Below are positions 16,672 to 23,520 of a stretch of 24,000 bases of DNA, piece by piece. The number at the start of each line of letters is the position of its first letter. The stretch's first letter is position 1. The translations under genes were made by a program, and so were the position numbers. The stretch lies in the sequence record NC_030915.1; one strand, 5' to 3'. This DNA comes from Gordonia phage Orchid. The notes under the pieces were generated by a model. It was given only the letters and a program-made list of their open reading frames with translations, ran no database searches and was not told where the DNA came from.

Positions 16672-16869
16672 CTACGGTCTCCTTTTATTCTTCTTAATTT
16701 GGGGGGCTTTTTTCTCTGTAACTATTTGAACGAGACATTCCGGCGAACAAACAGTTTCGCTTGGCCCAAGGATAGGATGCATTTCGAGGTTATCCTCAAT
16801 CTTTATTTTAATTGTGAATTCCCATTGCACTTCTTTTCCGCAATTGTCGCAAAAGAATTTTATTGCCAT
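16672..16869 (-). CDS. Small zinc-ribbon-like protein (FFCDNCGK...CSPECL)
   Basis: ORF 65 aa with two Cys pairs. Confidence 0.65.
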   Translation of the reverse strand: MAIKFFCDNCGKEVQWEFTIKIKIEDNLEMHPILGPSETVCSPECLVQIVTEKKAPQIKKNKRRP

Positions 16870-16886
16870 AATTTCTCACTTTCTAA

Positions 16887-17040
16887 AAAAGCCATAATTT
16901 TAAAACTCCAATATTTGAACAGGCAAAAAAGCCAGCTTTTATTTGCGCCGATATTTGAACAGGCAAAAAAGCCATAATTTTAAAACTCCAATATTTGAAC
17001 AGGCAAAAAAGCCATAATTTTCAAGCGCCAATATTTGAAA
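16887..17040 (-). repeat. Approx. 4 x 40-bp tandem repeat of a gene-leader sequence
   Basis: Unit (plus strand) AGGCAAAAAAGCCATAATTTTAAAACTCCAATATTTGAAC; copies 16887(partial)-16920, 16921-16960, 16961-17000, 17001-17040. Confidence 0.9.
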
Positions 17041-17109
17041 GAGGAAAAACACGGAATCCTGAAAATTCCTGAAATCAAAATATGCACAAATTTTCTGAAT
17101 AATTCCGTG

Positions 17110-17170
17110 TCACCTAATACAAACATTGGTACAAAATGCATTTTCACCTAATACAAACATTGGTACAAAA
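17110..17170 (-). repeat. 27-bp direct repeat x2
   Basis: TCACCTAATACAAACATTGGTACAAAA at 17110-17136 and 17144-17170. Confidence 0.9.
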
Positions 17171-17171
17171 A

Positions 17172-17330
17172 TTATTCATGCTTCCATCGTGGACGTAGGC
17201 ACTTGTCCCCTGACGTTCCAACTACAAATAAGCCTAGGCTAATTTGCACAGAATTTTGATAGCCACACAACCTCGAATTAGGCACAGGCACAAATTCATG
17301 GTCTGATACTTTGTCTTTATTCTTAGGCAT
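17172..17330 (-). CDS. Small hypothetical protein (start MPKNKDKVSDHEF...)
   Basis: Internal start of the 17172..17414 ORF, overlapping the upstream stop. Confidence 0.4.
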   Translation of the reverse strand: MPKNKDKVSDHEFVPVPNSRLCGYQNSVQISLGLFVVGTSGDKCLRPRWKHE

Positions 17331-17643
17331 AATTGTTTCTCGCCTTCCTTTTAATTCCACCCTTAGGTCCAATTGTGTACATGTATTTACAGACGTATTC
17401 CGATTGTGTTTCATTCAATACATAGACATACATAACGGGTTTAGTAATAGAATCACGATTGAATCCGGTAACCAAATAGGAAACACTTTTCCATTTAAAG
17501 TAATCTACCAATTCTTTAAGTGTTTGACTGGTATTAGTATGTGCATAATTCTTTTTATTAGCAATGCACTTTGAATAACAAACGATTCCAAGATACTTAG
17601 GCAATACGGCATTATATTTTGGTTCTAATCTGGCTTTAGACAT
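17323..17643 (-). CDS. Hypothetical protein, 106 aa
   Basis: ORF track. Confidence 0.6.
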   Translation of the reverse strand: MSKARLEPKYNAVLPKYLGIVCYSKCIANKKNYAHTNTSQTLKELVDYFKWKSVSYLVTGFNRDSITKPVMYVYVLNETQSEYVCKYMYTIGPKGGIKRKARNNYA

Positions 17644-18133
17644 AGTTCACCTATCTTTCCATTTTAAATGATTGTGTTAATGATCGGTGTCGGTCAACGT
17701 GAATTGATTCAGTGTGACCCGTTAACCGACAGGAATGCAAGCGCGCGATAACTGAGCGCTATTAGTTCTCTCGATTGTTTTTCGTCTCCTGTCTGCCGTG
17801 TGTCCGCGCGTAGGTTCTACGTGACCAGGGTAAACGTCGATAGAGCTGCCTAGCGTCGATTCTGAGAGACTTTCTGTGCCTAGCCATGTCCTAACCCTAG
17901 GTAGGTACCGTTAGCGCCTGTGTGCTGATCTGAGCGCTTGCCTTGTGCGTCTCTAGCGCTCACGCTCACCTGTGACCAGCACTTGTCTGTGTCGGCATGG
18001 GTGCCCTGTGTGCCCTGTGCCCTGTGCGAGAACACAGGGCAGGAATACTCAGGCGAGAAACGTCACTGTGACGTTATCTATTCGTTATCTAGATAATAAG
18101 CGCAGCTAACTATCGGATTAAATAAAAAACGGG

Positions 18134-18195
18134 CACAAACCACACAAGGCGTTATTACCTAGAAAATTAGGTAATAACGCCTTGTGTGGTTTGTG
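18134..18195 (-). terminator. 28-bp perfect stem-loop, terminator-like for minus-strand transcription
   Basis: CACAAACCACACAAGGCGTTATTACCTA-gaaaat-TAGGTAATAACGCCTTGTGTGGTTTGTG; on the minus strand followed by a T-rich run. Confidence 0.8.
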
Positions 18196-18216
18196 GTGAG
18201 TGATCCGGTCTAGGTT

Positions 18217-18369
18217 CTAGTCTGTGTCTTCGGTATCGAAACGCTCACTCATGTACTGAGAGAATTCACGTTGCCATGCTGAGCGCTCAGTATGACGTTC
18301 CGTTCTCCTGTCTGTGCGCGTACGCCTAGGAATGAAAACAGTATCGTCGGTGCGCTTAGTCTGTGCCAT
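18217..18369 (-). CDS. Possible 50-aa highly charged protein
   Basis: MAQTKRTDDTVFIPRRTRTDRRTERHTERSAWQREFSQYMSERFDTEDTD*; fits between the upstream stop and the terminator; AGGA about 10 nt upstream. Confidence 0.4.
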   Translation of the reverse strand: MAQTKRTDDTVFIPRRTRTDRRTERHTERSAWQREFSQYMSERFDTEDTD

Positions 18370-18380
18370 TGTCTTTAATC

Positions 18381-18749
18381 CTATCGGGTAATAGTGCCAT
18401 TGCGATTAATGAAAATTCCGCCGGGATACACAGGCGATTCTGCCCATCCGTTGTCTCTGTCACGGATAACCATACTGCCCTGCGTAATACCCACGGAATA
18501 CCTAGGGCAGTATGCCCTAACGATATGGTCTAGCCGATTGGCGGTAGTGCGCGTTTCGTATCCGCAATTACTAATGAAAATGTATTCATCGCGCAATACC
18601 GCAATAAGGTTACCGTGATGCGTGATATTAACCCTATCGCTAGTAACCATGCATTCCGTTTTATAGGCAATGTGATGGTAGTTACCGTCACCCTTTACGA
18701 TCCCACGCAACGCATGGGCGGACATATCAGGCAGATTCAAGTTAGACAT
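18381..18749 (-). CDS. Hypothetical protein, 122 aa
   Basis: ORF track. Confidence 0.65.
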   Translation of the reverse strand: MSNLNLPDMSAHALRGIVKGDGNYHHIAYKTECMVTSDRVNITHHGNLIAVLRDEYIFISNCGYETRTTANRLDHIVRAYCPRYSVGITQGSMVIRDRDNGWAESPVYPGGIFINRNGTITR

Positions 18750-18751
18750 GA

Positions 18752-19090
18752 TTAGTTTTCCTCATTCCATGATTCATAAGCAATTTGCAACTTATTGAAT
18801 TGTTCGCGCGCTAGTGTATCGTTAGGGAATTCAACGATAGTGATAATTCCGTCGCTATTAATGCTTGCCACGAAACTACCAATCAATTCATCATGCTTGG
18901 GCCAACCATACGCGCCGATAGTCTCACCAAAAAAACTCATAAACTCACCATTAGTGGCAGTGAGATTATCGCGCTCAGTATTGGTCACATAACCAAAATA
19001 TCCGGTAGGTGAGTCTACGTGACCATCGCTAGCGGTAAACCAATCATTGTTAAGCATTGCCTTAAACAGTGCTTCTTGTGCGGTATCCAT
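18752..19090 (-). CDS. Hypothetical protein (start MDTAQEALFKAM...)
   Basis: SD AGGAGAACAATCACAATG upstream of the internal ATG. Confidence 0.7.
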   Translation of the reverse strand: MDTAQEALFKAMLNNDWFTASDGHVDSPTGYFGYVTNTERDNLTATNGEFMSFFGETIGAYGWPKHDELIGSFVASINSDGIITIVEFPNDTLAREQFNKLQIAYESWNEEN

Positions 19091-19137
19091 TGTGATTGTT
19101 CTCCTGTGTGTTGTGTGAGTGAGGTTTATATCCCTCA

Positions 19138-19172
19138 CTGATTACACAGTGATTAGCTCACTGTGTAATCAG
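19138..19172. terminator. 15-bp perfect hairpin between genes
   Basis: CTGATTACACAGTGA-ttagc-TCACTGTGTAATCAG. Confidence 0.65.
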
Positions 19173-19185
19173 AGTCGATATAACC

Positions 19186-19401
19186 CTATGGTTTCCACCA
19201 ACTATTACCGTCGGTAATCCAACCATCTGAGAAGTAGGCAAGCCCATCCGAGTACGCGCGCAACGGTGCGCCACAAGGTGAGCCATAAGGCGATTCATCT
19301 TCCAATAGCTCACCTGTGCCACTTAGACGCGTCGGTGCGTCTAAGTGGCAATGGTTGGTTGGTACGCCTAGCAGAATTGTTAGTGCAACAAGAATATCCA
19401 T
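19186..19401 (-). CDS. Hypothetical protein, 71 aa
   Basis: ORF track. Confidence 0.5.
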   Translation of the reverse strand: MDILVALTILLGVPTNHCHLDAPTRLSGTGELLEDESPYGSPCGAPLRAYSDGLAYFSDGWITDGNSWWKP

Positions 19402-19403
19402 TG

Positions 19404-19688
19404 TTAAACGCTCACATTCTTAATTCCGCCCCGGGCACCGATAACAATTCTGCCCATTGGGTAGTCATGGAAATTCATTGCACTGTCACACTCATCACAT
19501 TGTGGGTAGTAGTCAATGCACGCGGTGTGATATTGCTCGTAATCGTTCGGGTAATACTTACTCCCCTCATCTACCAATCCGTGACGATGGTAAGCGTCAT
19601 ATAGATATTGCTTTGCCTCATTCACAGAATCGAAACGCTTATGATCATGGTCATAAGGGGACAGATTGATATGTGCGCAAATTTTCAT
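19404..19688 (-). CDS. Hypothetical protein with Cys/His cluster (CDECDSAMNFH)
   Basis: ORF 94 aa. Confidence 0.6.
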   Translation of the reverse strand: MKICAHINLSPYDHDHKRFDSVNEAKQYLYDAYHRHGLVDEGSKYYPNDYEQYHTACIDYYPQCDECDSAMNFHDYPMGRIVIGARGGIKNVSV

Positions 19689-19690
19689 GA

Positions 19691-19942
19691 CTAATCCTTG
19701 TTTGCTTGATTGATTACATGACTAGGCAGTTTTCGATATATATCGCTACCCATTTTCGTATATCCCTCTAGTTGCAAGTGTGGCCTACGTTTACGCAATT
19801 GCTTAGCCTTATCGACTACCTTTTGATCTGCATTTTCCTGTGAGATTCTTCCATCTACCCACATTAAACAATCTGTACCAACAACTGTGTTGAATTCAAG
19901 TGCTATTGGACGTTCACCATTGTAATAACTATTGCGTGCCAT
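19691..19942 (-). CDS. Hypothetical protein, 83 aa
   Basis: ORF; CAGGAGAATAAAAGTC-ATG. Confidence 0.6.
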   Translation of the reverse strand: MARNSYYNGERPIALEFNTVVGTDCLMWVDGRISQENADQKVVDKAKQLRKRRPHLQLEGYTKMGSDIYRKLPSHVINQANKD

Positions 19943-19969
19943 GACTTTTTATTCTCCTGACTTGGATAC

Positions 19970-20113
19970 TTCAAATGAAACAACTACGTCGGTAGCTACG
20001 GATATCAATAGTTCTGTAATTACCTGACCAATTCTTTCGACCGAATAAGTACCTGACATAGGGTCTACGTACTTACCGTTACCGTCGTCGCAATACACTG
20101 TGAGCGCATACAT
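19970..20113 (-). CDS. Small protein, 47 aa
   Basis: MYALTVYCDDGNGKYVDPMSGTYSVERIGQVITELLISVATDVVVFI*, strong SD CAGGAGAAACACAC-ATG; below the ORF-track cutoff. Confidence 0.6.
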
Positions 20114-20156
20114 GTGTGTTTCTCCTGTCTGTGTTGCCCTGTGTGGACATGGCAGA

Positions 20157-20184
20157 CTCTAGGGTAGGTCTGTCTACCCTAGAG
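20157..20184. terminator. 11-bp perfect hairpin, intergenic
   Basis: CTCTAGGGTAG-gtctgt-CTACCCTAGAG. Confidence 0.55.
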
Positions 20185-20219
20185 CCGCTAAACCCTCACA
20201 GAATCGAACTGAGCGCTTC

Positions 20220-21281
20220 TCAGGCGATAGCTACCTGTACCATCTTCCACAATTCTTCATCCAAAGCGTCAAACTTGCCCTTAATGCGTGCTTCAGAATT
20301 GCGCTCGTAACGCGATGCTTCCCCACGAATTTCGGACGCATGATGAGCGAACGTGTTTCCTGTCTGGACAAGTCCAAGGGCAGTACCGGACCAATCTGCA
20401 CACATTGCATCATGACGGTACATATCAAGGAATTTGTCGCGCTTGTTTTCCGTGCGCGTGTATCCTTTGCCTTTTTCATCCGGCAACGGTGCCCAAGCAT
20501 CGAGAAACGCGAACAATTGCGCGTCGTCAATCTCAATATCGCTCAGCATGTGAATCTGGTCTGTGTACAGTTCGATACCGTTTTCAACCAATCCCAATGC
20601 TTCGCGTGCCTGGTCAATTTTTGCGTTGGAATGCTTAGTGTGCTTGATCTTAAAGAAACGTCCATCCCTTTTCATCTCACCAAGCGCTACCGCGCGAGTA
20701 TTGTCACAGACAGTTTGAGTAATGGTTAGTCCGTGGGTAGTGGCGCATGAACCATCGAGAGCGGTAGTGGCAAGGTAATTGCTACGGAATGCCATACCGG
20801 TTTTAGCGTCGTGAATTGTCTCAGGAATGGAGAACTCTACCCAAGCAACGGCACCGCCCTTGAGAAGTCCGGCCGACGATGGTTGCAGAGTTTCACCGAT
20901 AACGTTGCTTGCAAGTCCAATGAGCCAATCGCGGTAATCATGCACTGCGTAAGAATCACTGTGCAGACCAATTGTGCGGTAATTGTCCGATCGAACAATT
21001 GCCATTTTTCCCGGTACTAGAACGTTAACTACAGGATTACCGTATGAGTCAATGCCGGTAGCGTGTTCTGCATTATCGGTCGGGACTTCTGCATGAATGG
21101 GGACCTGCAACGGTTCCCAATTAAACAAGCGACGATTGATATCGGCGACCGGGATAGCCCCGGAGTAATGGTTAGACTCTGCACCCTGATATGCGGCGTC
21201 ATAATGCCATGCGTGACCACGCTGGTCGGTGAATCCGACCAGGACGTTCGTGTTCAATGTTTCAATGCTCTCAGAGGACAT
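20220..21281 (-). CDS. DUF932-like phage/plasmid-related protein
   Basis: 353 aa; ...VPGKMAIVRSD..TIGLHSDSYAVHDYRDWL...DGSCATTHGLTITQTVCDNTRAVAL... matches the general DUF932 pattern. Confidence 0.7.
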   Translation of the reverse strand: MSSESIETLNTNVLVGFTDQRGHAWHYDAAYQGAESNHYSGAIPVADINRRLFNWEPLQVPIHAEVPTDNAEHATGIDSYGNPVVNVLVPGKMAIVRSDNYRTIGLHSDSYAVHDYRDWLIGLASNVIGETLQPSSAGLLKGGAVAWVEFSIPETIHDAKTGMAFRSNYLATTALDGSCATTHGLTITQTVCDNTRAVALGEMKRDGRFFKIKHTKHSNAKIDQAREALGLVENGIELYTDQIHMLSDIEIDDAQLFAFLDAWAPLPDEKGKGYTRTENKRDKFLDMYRHDAMCADWSGTALGLVQTGNTFAHHASEIRGEASRYERNSEARIKGKFDALDEELWKMVQVAIA

Positions 21282-21316
21282 AATTGTTTCTCCTGTGTGT
21301 TGTGTGGTGATGGTTT

Positions 21317-21369
21317 GAATCCATCGCTAGCTATTGGGTTGGTTATCCCAATAGCTAGGGTTGATTCAG
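21317..21369. repeat. Intergenic hairpin module, copy A
   Basis: GAATCCATCG-CTAGCTATTGGG-ttggttat-CCCAATAGCTAG-GGTTGATTCAG. Confidence 0.75.
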
Positions 21370-21445
21370 TCCGGTAATGCGTACTCGCACCAAATGAACA
21401 ATGGTGCGAGTATGACCAGTGCGAGAACTAACGCGTATTGCCAAC

Positions 21446-21751
21446 TCATGACGCATTCCATGCCGGTCGTCGATGCTTGCCATTGTCGGAATAAGGTTCA
21501 TCGCCTAACAATTCACCGTTAGTTCCGATACTGTCTAGCATCCCCTCGAATTCAACGATATTGGGAGTCAGTTCTCTGTCATTGCCCATAATCGCGAAAC
21601 TATGTCGTGGTCGCTTTTCGTAATTGTCTGCCCTACGTCCACGCTCAGGATCAATACCCAAACAACGGTTAAGCTTTTCGTGATAGCCCATTGTGCGCCC
21701 TGTGTTGGTCTGTGAGCGCTTGACGAGGTTGACTTGGTACTTGGTAGCCAT
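21446..21751 (-). CDS. Hypothetical protein, 101 aa
   Basis: ORF track; CAGGAGAACAAACCATCATG. Confidence 0.6.
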   Translation of the reverse strand: MATKYQVNLVKRSQTNTGRTMGYHEKLNRCLGIDPERGRRADNYEKRPRHSFAIMGNDRELTPNIVEFEGMLDSIGTNGELLGDEPYSDNGKHRRPAWNAS

Positions 21752-21821
21752 GATGGTTTGTTCTCCTGTCTGCGACGCTGTGAGCGTCTTCTGTGTGAGT
21801 GATAGACCTTGAATCCATCGC

Positions 21822-21853
21822 TAGGCGCATGTTTCACGTGAAACATGCGCCTA
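21822..21853. promoter_or_regulatory. parS-type centromere site in a 32-bp perfect palindrome
   Basis: TAGGCGCATGTTTCACGTGAAACATGCGCCTA; core TGTTTCACGTGAAACA. Confidence 0.75.
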
Positions 21854-21861
21854 AGGTTGAT

Positions 21862-22161
21862 TCACGGTTCGGCGCGCAAAATTCCTTCTACCGCTCCGCG
21901 TGCCTTGTATCCGCTAATGGTGTGAGTCATGAAACTCACGTGAGCCGCACGGACTGTGCCACCGACGTACTCGACTTTCATGGTGTCTGTGTCGCCCTGT
22001 GAATCCGTGCGACTGTAAACCATCGTGACCAGAGGGAAGTCTGCACGCTTAAATGTGAATTCCTCACACTCAATGATCCAACTGTTTTCGTCGGCCAGAC
22101 GATTGATACCGCGCACGACAGGATGGAAGGAAATACCGTCAAGTTCCTGTGTAAATGCCAT
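21862..22161 (-). CDS. Hypothetical protein, 99 aa
   Basis: ORF; CAGGAGAAAAGACA-ATG. Confidence 0.65.
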   Translation of the reverse strand: MAFTQELDGISFHPVVRGINRLADENSWIIECEEFTFKRADFPLVTMVYSRTDSQGDTDTMKVEYVGGTVRAAHVSFMTHTISGYKARGAVEGILRAEP

Positions 22162-22194
22162 TGTCTTTTCTCCTGTGTTGTGTGAATTCCGATT

Positions 22195-22250
22195 GAATCC
22201 ATCGCTAGGTCACAGGGTTAAGGGATAACCCTGTGCCTAAGGTTGATTCA
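22195..22250. repeat. Intergenic hairpin module, copy C
   Basis: GAATCCATCGCTAGGT-CACAGGGTTA-aggga-TAACCCTGTG-CCTAAGGTTGATTCA. Confidence 0.75.
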
Positions 22251-22463
22251 GTCTGTGAGTACCAGTCGAACATGTGAGTATCGAATTGAATCGGTATCGA
22301 CGATTACTCCATTGGCTAGTACCAAGTCGATACGCAGTGAATCATTGTTCGGGTACTTAATGTCCACTACCTTATCGGCGCGCTTATTCCTGTGATCAAA
22401 AACGATTACGTCCCCACGACGAATGCGATTGTTCGGGACCATTACCGTATTGAGCTTTCCCAT
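22248..22463 (-). CDS. Hypothetical protein, 71 aa (start MGKLNTVMV...)
   Basis: ORF; ATG at 22461-22463 with AGGAGAAGAAACA. Confidence 0.65.
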   Translation of the reverse strand: MGKLNTVMVPNNRIRRGDVIVFDHRNKRADKVVDIKYPNNDSLRIDLVLANGVIVDTDSIRYSHVRLVLTD

Positions 22464-22483
22464 TGTTTCTTCTCCTGTGTGGG

Positions 22484-22560
22484 TTGAATGGTTCGCAGGT
22501 AATGCGGATATCGGTTGCCTTGGTACGGCACGCCTACCCGCATTACCTAGGTACATTCAA
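22484..22560. repeat. Related intergenic hairpin, copy D
   Basis: TTGAAT ... AGGTAATGCGG / CCGCATTACCT ... ATTCAA. Confidence 0.6.
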
Positions 22561-22795
22561 ACCTGTGACAGACCATTAAACGGATGATGCATCATGTGCA
22601 GCGCATACGCTGGACTGTCCTCGCCGGATCACTCTGTTGACTTTTCAAGGTTCACGCGTGAGTCGGGACTTGCGCGCACATGGCTCGCGCCGCGTGCCCT
22701 GCCCTACTCACTAACAACTCATATCACCTTTATACACACCGACTGACATGCGTGCAATACCTAGCTAGAAAATTCTCGCACAAGTGCTGCGCAGT

Positions 22796-22809
22796 GTTTC
22801 ACGTGAAAC
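22796..22809. promoter_or_regulatory. Second parS-type site
   Basis: GTTTCACGTGAAAC, within TGTTTCACGTGAAACA (22795-22810). Confidence 0.75.
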
Positions 22810-23192
22810 ATCGTGCGCTTGTCGGTGCCACGTGAGCACAGGTCAAGGTCCGTGCGTGGATAGAAGGAAGGCGCGCGATATCATGACTTACGCGAAAACA
22901 CAAGGACTTTTTGAGACCAAAATTAGGGCTGGCTATTGAGTGTAGTCGCACTACACCGAATTGTCGGCGGCGCGGTCGGGTAGCAAGTTTCGTAGAACCA
23001 TCTGTTAAACGGCCTGAGTTGCCTTCTAACAGAGTTTTTACCCACATGGTCACAGGGACATTCCTTGCCCTGTTTTCGTCCGCTAGCGTTGAAGCCTTTT
23101 TCGACGGTAACAAGCGTAAACCCTTGTGTTGCAAGGCTTTACGTACGCTTGTCGGTAGCACGGTAACTTAGCCCTTTTTAGGGTGCCCTATC

Positions 23193-23264
23193 TACGTAGG
23201 TATGTGCATATACGTAGGGCACTGTGTATACACACGTACCTACGTATGCGCAGTGCCCTACGTA
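23193..23264. repeat. Dyad-symmetric array of four TACGTAGG boxes
   Basis: TACGTAGG at 23193 and 23211; CCTACGTA at 23239 and 23257; GTGTATACAC at the centre (23224-23233). Confidence 0.85.
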
Positions 23265-23281
23265 TGGTTATGTATCAAGCA

Positions 23282-23371
23282 TTGTATTAGGTGAACAGTG
23301 AATGGGTTATGTATCAAGCATTGTATTAAGTGTGTAATGATTAGGCTTTGTATTAACCATTGTATTAAGTG
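23282..23371 (+). repeat. Iteron-like TTGTATTARGTG repeats at exact 39-bp spacing
   Basis: 23282 TTGTATTAGGTG, 23321 TTGTATTAAGTG, 23360 TTGTATTAAGTG, plus a weaker TTGTATTAAC at 23348. Confidence 0.85.
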
Positions 23372-23445
23372 AATGTATTATGCACGTAATTAAACACTGT
23401 GATTATTAGTGTCCTACCAGTGTGGTCAGCGACTGCCCTTAAAGT

Positions 23446-23520
23446 GGTGGGTATTAAAGGGAGTGGCTTTAAATAGGTGGGTATTAAAAGGGGACGCATT
23501 AAAGGGCATGATTAAAGGAA
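23446..23520 (+). repeat. GGTGGGTATTAAA / ATTAAAGG repeat cluster
   Basis: GGTGGGTATTAAA at 23446 and 23476, then GCATTAAAGGG and GATTAAAGG. Confidence 0.7.

Noticed and set aside
16887-17040. CRISPR array
   Set aside because: The 40-bp units are contiguous with no unique spacers and resemble a gene leader.
21568-22002. ORFs starting MFHVKHAP (minus 21568..21846 and plus 21799..22002)
   Set aside because: Both starts arise from the self-complementary parS palindrome; no suitable SD, and they overlap better-supported genes on the minus strand.
22799-23171. ORFs 22799..23161 (minus) and 22911..23171 (plus)
   Set aside because: Mutually overlapping, no clear SD, odd composition; the region looks non-coding and may instead contain fragments or regulatory sequence.
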